Program-made: the position numbers and the translations under genes
From: Eubacteriales bacterium
GTDB taxonomy: Bacteria; Bacillota; Clostridia; Oscillospirales; SIG627
DNA: 64,000 nucleotides
NCBI GenBank assembly: GCA_045602025.1
Contig: JAZSAT010000046.1
Span: 8,778-72,777 of the forward strand
Reading direction: 5' to 3'
Notes under the pieces: generated by a model
Databases searched by the model: none
The model's input: the letters and a program-made list of their open reading frames with translations, nothing else
What the model was told of the DNA's origin: nothing
Part shown: in pieces, positions 20,280-28,950 of the stretch
Numbering within the stretch: position 1 is the stretch's first letter
Layout: each line of letters starts with the position of its first letter

Positions 20280-21629
20280 TCAGACAACACCTTGGCTCAT
20301 CATTGCTTCCGCAACCTTCTTGAAGCCTGCAATATTAGCTCCGGCAACCAAGTTGTATCCAAGGCCGTACTGCTCTGCTGCTGCAGCAGAAGAATCGTGA
20401 ATGTCCTTCATAATCTGCTTCAGCTTTGCATCAACTTCATCAGCAGTCCAACTGTAACGCTCGGAGTTCTGGCACATTTCGAGACCGGAAACTGCAACAC
20501 CGCCTGCATTTACTGCCTTGGAAGGAGCAACAACCTTTACATTCTCCTGAAGATACTTCAAGGTATCATTGGGAGTAGGCATATTTGAAACCTCAAAATA
20601 GTATTTGGTTCCGTTAGCAACGATCTTTTCTGCATCCTCCTGAAGAACCTCATTCTGCGTTGCGCAAGGCATAGCAATATCGCACTTTACGCCCCAAGGC
20701 TTTTCACCGGGGAAGAAGGTAGCATTGGGGAATGCTTTTACATAGTCTTCAACCTGACCGTGTCTGGAGGAACGGATCTCAAGAAGCTTATCAAGCTTTT
20801 CTTCGGTGGTAACACCGTCGGGATCATAAACATAACCGGAACGGCCGGAAATGGTTACAACCTTTGCACCGAGCTCAGCAGCTTTCTTGCAAACGCCCCA
20901 TGTTACATTACCGTAACCGGAGCAGCAAATTGTTTTACCCTTAATGCTATCGCCAAAACGCTTCAGAACTTCAAGTCCGTAGTAGATCGCGCCGTAACCG
21001 GTAGCTTCGGGACGAATAAGGCTTCCGCCGTAGCTAAGACCCTTACCGGTCAAAACACCGTTTTCAAAGGAACCGCGGATTCTCTTATACTGACCATAAA
21101 GGAAGCCGATCTCTCTTGCTCCAACACCGATATCGCCGGCGGGAACGTCAATGTCACAACCAATGTAGCGGTAAAGTTCGGTCATAAAGCTCTGGCAGAA
21201 ACGCATGATCTCATTGTCGCTCTTACCCTTAGGATCAAAGTCAGAACCACCTTTTGCACCGCCTAAAGGAAGGGTGGTAAGGCTATTCTTAAAGGTCTGC
21301 TCAAAGCCCAAGAATTTCAGCATACCGCTGTAAACAGTGGGATGGAAGCGAAGTCCTCCCTTGTAAGGACCGATCGCAGAGTTAAATTGGATACGGTAGC
21401 CGCGGTTTACACGGATCTTACCTTCGTCATCAAGCCACGGTACTCTGAAAATAAACTGTCTCTCAGGCTCAACAAGTCTTTCAAGCAAGGCAAATTCTTC
21501 ATACTCGGGGTGCTTATCGATCACTTTTTCAAGAGAGTGAAGAACTTCTTCAACTGTCTGAACAAATTCAGGTTCAGCAGCATTTTTCTTTTTTACATCT
21601 TCCAAGACTCTTTCAATATACGCGTTCAT
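20280..21629 (-). CDS. gdhA: NADP-specific glutamate dehydrogenase
   Basis: MNAYIERVLEDVKKKN...GGAKGGSDFDPKGKS (Glu/Leu/Phe/Val dehydrogenase active-site motif). I chose the start at 21629. Confidence 0.9.
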   Translation of the reverse strand: MNAYIERVLEDVKKKNAAEPEFVQTVEEVLHSLEKVIDKHPEYEEFALLERLVEPERQFIFRVPWLDDEGKIRVNRGYRIQFNSAIGPYKGGLRFHPTVYSGMLKFLGFEQTFKNSLTTLPLGGAKGGSDFDPKGKSDNEIMRFCQSFMTELYRYIGCDIDVPAGDIGVGAREIGFLYGQYKRIRGSFENGVLTGKGLSYGGSLIRPEATGYGAIYYGLEVLKRFGDSIKGKTICCSGYGNVTWGVCKKAAELGAKVVTISGRSGYVYDPDGVTTEEKLDKLLEIRSSRHGQVEDYVKAFPNATFFPGEKPWGVKCDIAMPCATQNEVLQEDAEKIVANGTKYYFEVSNMPTPNDTLKYLQENVKVVAPSKAVNAGGVAVSGLEMCQNSERYSWTADEVDAKLKQIMKDIHDSSAAAAEQYGLGYNLVAGANIAGFKKVAEAMMSQGVV

Positions 21630-21933
21630 CTTTCTTCCTCGTTTCATAAAAAATAATTTCATTCATTATAGCAAAAGTACTAAATTATGTCAAGAACAAA
21701 AAAGCTTTAATTCTGATTTTTTTTAACTAAAAAATAAGTTTTCGCTAATTATATTTATTATTTTTTTGATTTTCTAAATTATTTTCATCAAAATCATTGT
21801 ATTTTTCGATGAAATGAATATTGGCTTTCTGTAAAACAAAAGCAAAACGACGATTATTTTCAGAATCTCTTGAAGTAAGAAAGATTTTTCGTTATAATAT
21901 CAGCATATGAAAACAAATGATTCAGGTGAAAAA

Positions 21934-22659
21934 ATGAATTCCTTTTACGAAAGAACACAAGCATTACTTGGAAAAAACAGTGTAGAACAACTGAAAGAAT
22001 CTCATGTTTTGGTTTTTGGTTTAGGCGGGGTTGGCGGACATGCAACAGAAACTCTTTGCCGCGCAGGTATTGGCGCGCTCTCTTTAGTTGATTTTGAAAC
22101 ATACGATCTTTCCAACTGCAACCGTCAGATCTTCGCAACACAAAACACCATTGGTAAAGAAAAAACCGAAGCTGCAAAAGAGAGACTTCTATCCATTAAC
22201 CCTGAATGTAAAATTACTACATATTCCCTCTTTTTTTGCAAGGATGAAGCACCGATGGAATTGTTTGAGAATGTCGATTACATTTTAGATGCAATTGACA
22301 CAGTTTCTTCCAAAATGCTTATTATTGAAATCGCAAAGAAATTAAACATTCCCGTTATTTCCTGTATGGGAACCGGCAACAAGTTAGATCCTACCGCCTT
22401 CCGTATCAGCGACATCAAAAAAACAAAGGTTTGTCCTTTGGCAAGAGTGGTTCGAAATGAATGTAAAAAGCGCGGTATCCAAAACCTGAAGGTTCTTTAC
22501 TCAGAGGAAGTGCCGACCAAGGCTTTTGTTGATACAGAATCCAAACGGAACGCCCCGGGAAGCGTCAGTTTTGTACCCGGTGTTGCCGGTATGATTATGG
22601 CAGGAGAAATTGTAAAGGATTTAATAAAAACATGTTTATCATCGGAACAGACAAATTAA
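21934..22659 (+). CDS. tcdA: tRNA threonylcarbamoyladenosine dehydratase (ThiF/E1-like)
   Basis: VLVFGLGGVGGHATETLCRAGIGALSLVDFE...NRQ, an E1-like Rossmann fold. The TTGAAG-17-TATAAT promoter at 21871-21899 favours the 21934 ATG. Confidence 0.75.
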   Translation: MNSFYERTQALLGKNSVEQLKESHVLVFGLGGVGGHATETLCRAGIGALSLVDFETYDLSNCNRQIFATQNTIGKEKTEAAKERLLSINPECKITTYSLFFCKDEAPMELFENVDYILDAIDTVSSKMLIIEIAKKLNIPVISCMGTGNKLDPTAFRISDIKKTKVCPLARVVRNECKKRGIQNLKVLYSEEVPTKAFVDTESKRNAPGSVSFVPGVAGMIMAGEIVKDLIKTCLSSEQTN

Positions 22660-24509
22660 GTGTTTCTTTTGGTGAAAAAGTTCTTTTGGATCAAGTCTCT
22701 TTTTCAGTTAATCAAGGAGAAAAAGTCAGTATCGTCGGCGTAAACGGAGCAGGAAAAAGTACGCTGATGCGGCTTCTATACAGCAAAGACCTACCATACA
22801 CAGGCAACATCTTTGTTGCAAAAGGAAAAACCATCGGGCACCTGGAGCAGCAAAGCCGTATTGATCCCGAGATGACCGTTTATGATGCTGCACTTTCTGT
22901 ATTCAAAACACTTTCAAAAGACGAAGAACGCCTTGAGATCCTCTCACAGGAATTAAAAGAAAACTACAGTGAAGAGAAAATCCGACAATTTACATCTCTT
23001 CAGCAAAAATTCGAAAGAGAAGGTGGCTACGAGTACAAAAGCCGTGCACGCGGAACCTTGATCAGTATGGGCTTTGAAGAAGAAAAGCTTAGCCTTAAGA
23101 TCTCTGCTCTATCCGGAGGTCAAAAAACAATTCTTCAGTTATCACTTTTAATTCTTGAGGAGCCTGATATCCTTCTTTTAGACGAGCCTACTAACCACCT
23201 GGATATCAAGGCTTTGGAATGGCTCGAAGAAAGACTGAAAAAAATCAAAAGCACCGTACTTTTGATTTCTCATGACCGCTTGTTTTTAGACAGAGTAACG
23301 AATAAAACGCTCGAGATTGAAAACACACATGCCAAGCTTTACTCAGTTCCCTACACAAAGTACCGTGAACAAAAAAAGATAGAGCGCGAAATTCAGGACC
23401 GACATTACAAAAACCAACAAAAAGAAATCAGTCGGATCGAAGCCTTCATTGCGCAGCAAAAAAAATGGAACCGAGAGCGAAACATCATTGCCGCAGAATC
23501 CAGAATGAAGGCTCTTGACCGTATGGTTAAGGTGGAAAAAACAGAAGCGCTTCCCGATTCCCTTACCTTTCGTTTTTCCAGTTCATTGGAATCCGGCGAG
23601 GATGTTATCAGTGCGAAAAACTTAAGCAAAGCTTACGGCAATACAAAGCTATTCACCGATCTTTCCTTTGAAATCAAAAAACGGGACCGATATGTTATCA
23701 TTGGTGCCAACGGAAGCGGAAAATCCACTCTTCTTCAGATCCTTGCAGGAAATCTTTCTCCTGACAGCGGGAGCTTCCGCTTTGGTTACAATGTCCGCAT
23801 GGGATATTATGATCAGTATCAACATCTGAATGAGAACAGTACTGTTTTAGAAGAGATCTGGAGTGAAAGTGAACTGAACCACACGGAAATCAGGAATCTT
23901 TTGGCAACTTTTCTTTTCAAGGGCGATGATGTCTTCAAGGAAACCTCTGTTTTGTCCGGTGGAGAAAGAGCCAGACTTGTTCTTGCAAAATTAATGCAGA
24001 AAAAAGTAAATCTTTTGCTGCTTGATGAACCAACGAACCACTTGGATATCGAATCAAGAGAAGCACTTGAAGATGCAATTTTAGCCTTCGAAGGAACGGT
24101 GATTGCTGTTTCTCACGACCGTTATTTCATCCAAAAAATCGCAACGCGACTCCTCTCTTTCGGCGGAAACGGAAATACCTTTGAATATAACGGTAAATAC
24201 GAAGATTATAAAGAATACTTATTTAAAAGCGATACCCAAACACAAAAAGCTGTTTCAGAAAAGAATTCAGGAAAAAACGATTGGGAGATCAAAAAGAAAC
24301 AGAAGCAAGAGGAGCGAAAACGTCTTTCTCGCATAAAAAAAATCGAAGAAGAGATTGAAAGCAGCGAAAACAGGATCCGTGAAATTGATAAAGAAGCGGA
24401 AAATGTGTCGACAGACTATGTCGCTCTCCAAGCTTTGTATGAAGAAAAAAACGCGCTGGAAGAAAAATGCATTCTTCTATTAGAGGAATGGGAAAATTTA
24501 GATTCATAA
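22632..24509 (+). CDS. ABC-F family ATPase (two ABC domains, no TM domain, coiled-coil C-terminus)
   Basis: Two Walker A motifs (GVNGAGKST, GANGSGKST) and two LSGG signatures. The C-terminal tail is rich in K and E. Confidence 0.85.
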   Translation: MFIIGTDKLSVSFGEKVLLDQVSFSVNQGEKVSIVGVNGAGKSTLMRLLYSKDLPYTGNIFVAKGKTIGHLEQQSRIDPEMTVYDAALSVFKTLSKDEERLEILSQELKENYSEEKIRQFTSLQQKFEREGGYEYKSRARGTLISMGFEEEKLSLKISALSGGQKTILQLSLLILEEPDILLLDEPTNHLDIKALEWLEERLKKIKSTVLLISHDRLFLDRVTNKTLEIENTHAKLYSVPYTKYREQKKIEREIQDRHYKNQQKEISRIEAFIAQQKKWNRERNIIAAESRMKALDRMVKVEKTEALPDSLTFRFSSSLESGEDVISAKNLSKAYGNTKLFTDLSFEIKKRDRYVIIGANGSGKSTLLQILAGNLSPDSGSFRFGYNVRMGYYDQYQHLNENSTVLEEIWSESELNHTEIRNLLATFLFKGDDVFKETSVLSGGERARLVLAKLMQKKVNLLLLDEPTNHLDIESREALEDAILAFEGTVIAVSHDRYFIQKIATRLLSFGGNGNTFEYNGKYEDYKEYLFKSDTQTQKAVSEKNSGKNDWEIKKKQKQEERKRLSRIKKIEEEIESSENRIREIDKEAENVSTDYVALQALYEEKNALEEKCILLLEEWENLDS

Positions 24510-24567
24510 AAACATAAAATACACTGCCAACGAATACATTTAAGTGAATTGTATTAGGAGGCAGTGT

Positions 24568-25074
24568 ATGTTTATTTATTCTGTAAAAGGTCAAAATTTA
24601 AAAGTTGTTTTTTCAATCGTTGCTTCAGTTTTAGCCATTGTTTTCGTTTTTGTATTGGTACCGCCAAATCAAAGCTTAATGGATTCTGACACTTTACCAG
24701 TCGGAAAGAAAATTGATGGGAGCGGTTTTAAAAACATTTCTACAAATGAAGAGCGAATTTCCTTTTTAAAAAAGTACGGTTGGGAAACAGAACCGGAAGC
24801 AAGAGAAGTCATCGACATAACAATTCCAATTCATTTCGACCCGATTTATGAAAAGTACAATCAATTACAACTGGATGAAGGCCTTGATCTAAAAAAATAT
24901 CGAGGAAAAACAGTAAAGAAATATACTTATCTTGTTACAAATTATGAATACGACGGCATTGTTCTTGCAAATCTTCTCATTTACAATAATAATGTAATCG
25001 GAGGCGACATCTGTTCAGCCGCTGTCGATGGCTTTCTACATGGTTTTACCAAAGGAAATGATTTCCTGACTTGA
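24568..25074 (+). CDS. DUF4830-like membrane-anchored protein
   Basis: Start at MFIYSV behind AGGAGG. One TM segment, then FLKKYGWETEPEA...KYNQLQ...GLDLKKYRGK, typical of DUF4830. Confidence 0.55.
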   Translation: MFIYSVKGQNLKVVFSIVASVLAIVFVFVLVPPNQSLMDSDTLPVGKKIDGSGFKNISTNEERISFLKKYGWETEPEAREVIDITIPIHFDPIYEKYNQLQLDEGLDLKKYRGKTVKKYTYLVTNYEYDGIVLANLLIYNNNVIGGDICSAAVDGFLHGFTKGNDFLT

Positions 25075-25233
25075 ACCGAACCTTTATGAAATACTAAATA
25101 AAAAAAGAAAGTGTAACTCAAGTGGTAAAACTTCAAAGATTTTTCGTTTCGTTCTTTATCGGGCTCATCAGTGCAACCATTATGGGATTTTTCCTCGTTC
25201 TTATTTTAAAAAGCATTGAAAGCATTCTATAAA

Positions 25234-25263
25234 ATGACCGCGTTTGAAATCAAACGCGGTCAT
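25234..25263. terminator. bidirectional intrinsic terminator
   Basis: ATGACCGCGTTTG-AAAT-CAAACGCGGTCAT perfect hairpin between convergent genes. Confidence 0.7.
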
Positions 25264-25267
25264 AATT

Positions 25268-27913
25268 TTATTTACTGATCTTTCTTTGAATCAATTTCAC
25301 AAGCTCAACCAGCGGAATGATCAAAATAGAAAGGCCAAGGCCGATTGCATATTCATCAAATCCAATTACACTAAACTCAAAGAGTTTTGCAAGAAAAGGA
25401 ATCTCAATTACAGCAGTGGTGAGAAGCAAAGCAACTGCACCGGCAAGCCAAAGCCACTTATTCTGCTTCTTCATAGAGAAAATGGATCCTCTGCGAGAAC
25501 GAAGGTTAAAGGACTGGAAGATCTCCGACATGGAAAGTGTCAAAAATGCCATCGTAGTACCGTGTTCAGCACCGCCCATCTTTTTACCGATAAAGTAAGC
25601 AATCAGCGTTAGAATTGCAACAAATGCACCCTGATAGAAGATATCGAAGCCAACGCCACCTGCGAAAATGCCTTCCTTGGAATTGCGGGGCTTCTTTTTC
25701 ATAGAATCAGGTTCGCCGTGCTCCATACCGAGAGCAAGGGCGGGAAGACTGTCGGTAATCAGGTTGATCCAAAGAAGATGTACGGGATGAAGCAAAGTAA
25801 AGCCAACCATAGAGGCAACAAAAACACCGATTACTTCACTGAGGTTGGAGGAAAGAAGGAACTGGATTGCTTTCTGAATATTGGCGTAAATTTTTCTGCC
25901 TTCTTCTACTGCGGCAACAATGGTTGCAAAGTTATCATCCGCAAGGATCATATCGGCAACATTTTTTGTTACATCAGTACCTGTAATACCCATGCCGATA
26001 CCGATGTCGGCTGTCTTGATACTAGGTGCGTCATTAACACCGTCGCCGGTCATGGCAGTTACCATACCTTTTCTCTTCCAAGCGGCAACGATACGGACCT
26101 TATGCTCGGGCTGAACACGGGCATAAACGCTGTATTTTTCGACAAAATCATCCAGTTCTTCATCAGACATACTGTCGAGGTCGGAACCACGAACTGCCTG
26201 AGATGCATCCACAAGGATTCCAAGCTCCTTGCCGATTGCAACTGCAGTATCAATGTGGTCACCGGTAATCATTACAACGCGAATGCTGGCTTCTCTGCAA
26301 GCATCAACAGCAGCTTTTACTTCGGGACGGACAGGGTCGATCATACCGCAAAGTCCGAGGAAAACAAGATCCTTTTCAAGAGTTTCGGAATCTTCTTTTT
26401 CAGGTTTTGCTTCGAGGTTTTGATAAGCACAAGCAAGCACACGCAGTGCCTGATCTGCCATTTTTTTGTTTTCTGCAAGGATTTCCGATCTCTTTTCCTC
26501 AGTCAAGGGCAAGATACCGTCTTCCGACAAATAGCTTGTACATCTGCGCAAAAGCTCATCGGGAGCACCTTTTGTAAACTGCAAAAACTCTTTTCCTGCG
26601 GCATGAACCGTAGTCATCATCTTTCTGCCCGAATCAAAAGGAACTTCAGCAACACGGGGATATTTTTCTTTCAGTTCGTTTTTATCATAACCGGACTGGA
26701 AAGCAAAGTTAACCAAGGCACACTCAGTAGGCTCACCGATCGCAGTGCCCTTTTCCAGGTCATACTCAGCATCGGAAGCAAGTGCCATGCCACGCGCAAG
26801 AAGGGATTCATCAACAGAATAGGACTTAACAACGGTCATCTTATTCTGAGTTAAGGTACCGGTTTTATCGGAACAAATTACCTGAGCACAGCCAAGAGTT
26901 TCTACAGCAGTCAATTTACGGATAACTGCTTTTCTCTTAGACATTTTTGTGACACCGATGGAAAGCACGATAGTAACAACCGCAGCAAGTCCTTCGGGAA
27001 TCGCTGCAACAGCAAGGCTGATAGCTGCCATAAAGGATTCAAGGATCGTCTCAAGTCCGAAACGAGCACTGTCGGGACTGAAAATGGAGCGGAAAATACC
27101 CACTGCAAAAATAATAACACTGATACCAAGAACAAGCCAAGTGAGAATTTTGGAAAGGTCGGAAAGCTTTCTCTGCAAAGGGGTCTCTTCATCCTTTGCC
27201 TGTGTCAGCGCGCCTGCGATCTTACCCATCTCCGTATCCATACCAATACCGCAAACAACCGCTTTACCTCTGCCGTAAACCACTGTGCTACCCATATAAC
27301 ACATATTCTTACGGTCGCCGAGAGGAATGCTGTCTGTTTCGGAAACAAGAACATGATCAACCTTATCAACAGGAACGGATTCACCGGTCAAAGCAGCTTC
27401 TTCGATTTTTAGAGAAGCGGATTCCAAAATACGGCAGTCAGCCGGAACAGAATCTCCGGCTTCAAGAAGGATTACATCGCCGGGGACAAGATCTTCGCTC
27501 TTAACGCTGGTCATTTTGCCGTCACGAAGAACCCGTGAGGTAGCTGCGGTCATCGTTTTCAAAGCTTCGATCGCCTGTTCTGCTTTGCTTTCCTGAACAA
27601 CGCCGAGTACAGCATTCAAAACAACAACGAACAGAATAATAAATACCTCCGCAAAGGATTCATTATGATCATACATAGCATTGTTGATGACGGTGGTAAT
27701 TGCCGAAATGGTTGCAGCGGCGAGAAGAACCAAGATCATTGGGTTCATCAGTTCTTTGATAAACTTCTGAAAAATGGTTTCCTTTTTGCCTTCAGCAAGC
27801 TTATTCTTGCCATACTTTTCCTGTCTCGACGAGACTTCAGTCGAGGAGAGGCCTTCGGAAGAAGTTTTCAGATCTTCAAGGACCTCTTTTGATTCCTTCA
27901 AAAATGCGCTCAT
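25268..27913 (-). CDS. P-type (P2-like) cation-transporting ATPase; Ca2+/Mn2+ exporter candidate
   Basis: P-type motifs CSDKTGTLT, TGDGVNDAP and PEGL. About 10 TM segments. I chose the start at MSAFLKESKE (27913). Confidence 0.85.
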   Translation of the reverse strand: MSAFLKESKEVLEDLKTSSEGLSSTEVSSRQEKYGKNKLAEGKKETIFQKFIKELMNPMILVLLAAATISAITTVINNAMYDHNESFAEVFIILFVVVLNAVLGVVQESKAEQAIEALKTMTAATSRVLRDGKMTSVKSEDLVPGDVILLEAGDSVPADCRILESASLKIEEAALTGESVPVDKVDHVLVSETDSIPLGDRKNMCYMGSTVVYGRGKAVVCGIGMDTEMGKIAGALTQAKDEETPLQRKLSDLSKILTWLVLGISVIIFAVGIFRSIFSPDSARFGLETILESFMAAISLAVAAIPEGLAAVVTIVLSIGVTKMSKRKAVIRKLTAVETLGCAQVICSDKTGTLTQNKMTVVKSYSVDESLLARGMALASDAEYDLEKGTAIGEPTECALVNFAFQSGYDKNELKEKYPRVAEVPFDSGRKMMTTVHAAGKEFLQFTKGAPDELLRRCTSYLSEDGILPLTEEKRSEILAENKKMADQALRVLACAYQNLEAKPEKEDSETLEKDLVFLGLCGMIDPVRPEVKAAVDACREASIRVVMITGDHIDTAVAIGKELGILVDASQAVRGSDLDSMSDEELDDFVEKYSVYARVQPEHKVRIVAAWKRKGMVTAMTGDGVNDAPSIKTADIGIGMGITGTDVTKNVADMILADDNFATIVAAVEEGRKIYANIQKAIQFLLSSNLSEVIGVFVASMVGFTLLHPVHLLWINLITDSLPALALGMEHGEPDSMKKKPRNSKEGIFAGGVGFDIFYQGAFVAILTLIAYFIGKKMGGAEHGTTMAFLTLSMSEIFQSFNLRSRRGSIFSMKKQNKWLWLAGAVALLLTTAVIEIPFLAKLFEFSVIGFDEYAIGLGLSILIIPLVELVKLIQRKISK

Positions 27914-27924
27914 ACTTTTGATAT

Positions 27925-28080
27925 TCCTTTCAAAAATAAAAAACTCGGTACCACTGTACCGAGAAATACTCATGTACAAGTGATCCTGCACAAGAGTCTG
28001 GTTATTTAAGATATGCCAAACCTTAACAGGTCGGAATGTTGACAGATCACGCTTTCGCGCTAACTACTCCCTCTTTGAGA
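27925..28080 (-). promoter_or_regulatory. yybP-ykoY (Mn2+) riboswitch with terminator, leader of the P-type ATPase
   Basis: Minus-strand RNA: AAAGAGGGAGUAGUUAGCGCGAAAGCGU...GUCAACAU...GGUUUGGCAUAUC...AACCAGACUCUU. It carries the conserved GGAGUAG, UUGGCAUA and CCAGAC elements. It is followed by hairpin CUCGGUAC-AGUG-GUACCGAG (27944-27963) and UUUUUUAUUUUU. Confidence 0.7.
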
Positions 28081-28082
28081 GA

Positions 28083-28111
28083 ATTATAACAAAGAAGAGA
28101 TTCTTTGTCAA
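28083..28111 (-). promoter_or_regulatory. sigma-A type promoter for the Mn riboswitch / ATPase
   Basis: Minus strand: TTGACA (28106-28111), 17 nt spacer, TATAAT (28083-28088). Both hexamers are perfect consensus. Confidence 0.75.
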
Positions 28112-28142
28112 GAAAAAGAAATCGCAGAAAAACTGCGATTTC
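28112..28142 (-). terminator. intrinsic terminator after rsmG
   Basis: GAAATCGCAG-loop-CTGCGATTTC hairpin followed by a U-run on the minus strand. Confidence 0.7.
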
Positions 28143-28156
28143 TTTTCCAAACTACA

Positions 28157-28948
28157 CTATAAACTCTTTTTCGCCATTTGTGCCCATTTTCTCGGATAAA
28201 TAGTATTTGTTTTTTTCTTTTTTTCAATTTTAACAAGATAACGATCCGCTTCGGAAAAAAACTTTATCTTTTCTTTTTCTTCTTCGGAAAAATCCATATC
28301 AAAAGCGAAGGAAAGATCGAAATTAATCTTTTTCACTTCAAGAAGTGCCCCACCGAGCATAGGAATTGCTTTTTTGCTTTCCTCTACTTCCTGAAGTGTC
28401 CGAGCACCTTTTAAAGCATAAAAAGTGCCGCCGACCTTCAAAAAAGGCAAGCATAGCTCACACAAAACAGGAAGTCTTGCAACCGCCCTGGAAAGAGAAA
28501 GATCAAACACCTCACGGTACTTGCCGCCTTTTCCGGCAAGCTCTTCTCCTCTCCCCCAAACAGGATCAATTTTTTCAAGCGAAAGTAGTTCTGCATTTTC
28601 CCTGAGAGCTGTAATCTTCTTCTCGGTGCTGTCGATCATTGTTATAAATTTTTTTGGATTCACGCAACCAATAGGAAGGCCCGGAAAACCGCCACCGCAA
28701 CCAATATCACAAAGCCTTTCAGCTTTTTCAAGCTGAATTATAAACTCTTCATCACAAAGAAGAGCCAGGGAGTCTATGATATGCTTCAAGGTTACATCAA
28801 TCGGAGATGTTAAGGAAGTAATATTGATCTTTTCGTTGGTTTTCACAACACAGTCATAAAGAAGAGAAAAACGGTCAAGCGTTTCCTTGTGAAAGGATAG
28901 CTTAAATGCACCTTGAATCAAATCAAGATATTTTGTTTCCAGCGGCAT
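28157..28948 (-). CDS. rsmG: 16S rRNA (guanine527-N7)-methyltransferase
   Basis: SAM motif CDIGCGGGFPGLPIG. It lies directly downstream of mnmG. Confidence 0.88.
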   Translation of the reverse strand: MPLETKYLDLIQGAFKLSFHKETLDRFSLLYDCVVKTNEKINITSLTSPIDVTLKHIIDSLALLCDEEFIIQLEKAERLCDIGCGGGFPGLPIGCVNPKKFITMIDSTEKKITALRENAELLSLEKIDPVWGRGEELAGKGGKYREVFDLSLSRAVARLPVLCELCLPFLKVGGTFYALKGARTLQEVEESKKAIPMLGGALLEVKKINFDLSFAFDMDFSEEEKEKIKFFSEADRYLVKIEKKKKTNTIYPRKWAQMAKKSL

Positions 28949-28950
28949 AA

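Noticed and set aside
21630-21933. About 300 bp of very AT-rich intergenic region between the divergent gdhA and tcdA, as a possible ncRNA or origin-like element
   Set aside because: It holds only promoter-like hexamers (TTGAAG-17-TATAAT for tcdA). There is no conserved structure, no DnaA boxes and no repeats. This is consistent with an ordinary divergent regulatory region.
25122-25232. 36-aa hydrophobic ORF (VVKLQRFFVSFFIGLISATIMGFFLVLILKSIESIL) between the DUF4830-like gene and the ATPase terminator
   Set aside because: It has a GTG start with only a weak purine-rich upstream sequence and is too short to evaluate. It was kept out of the feature list.
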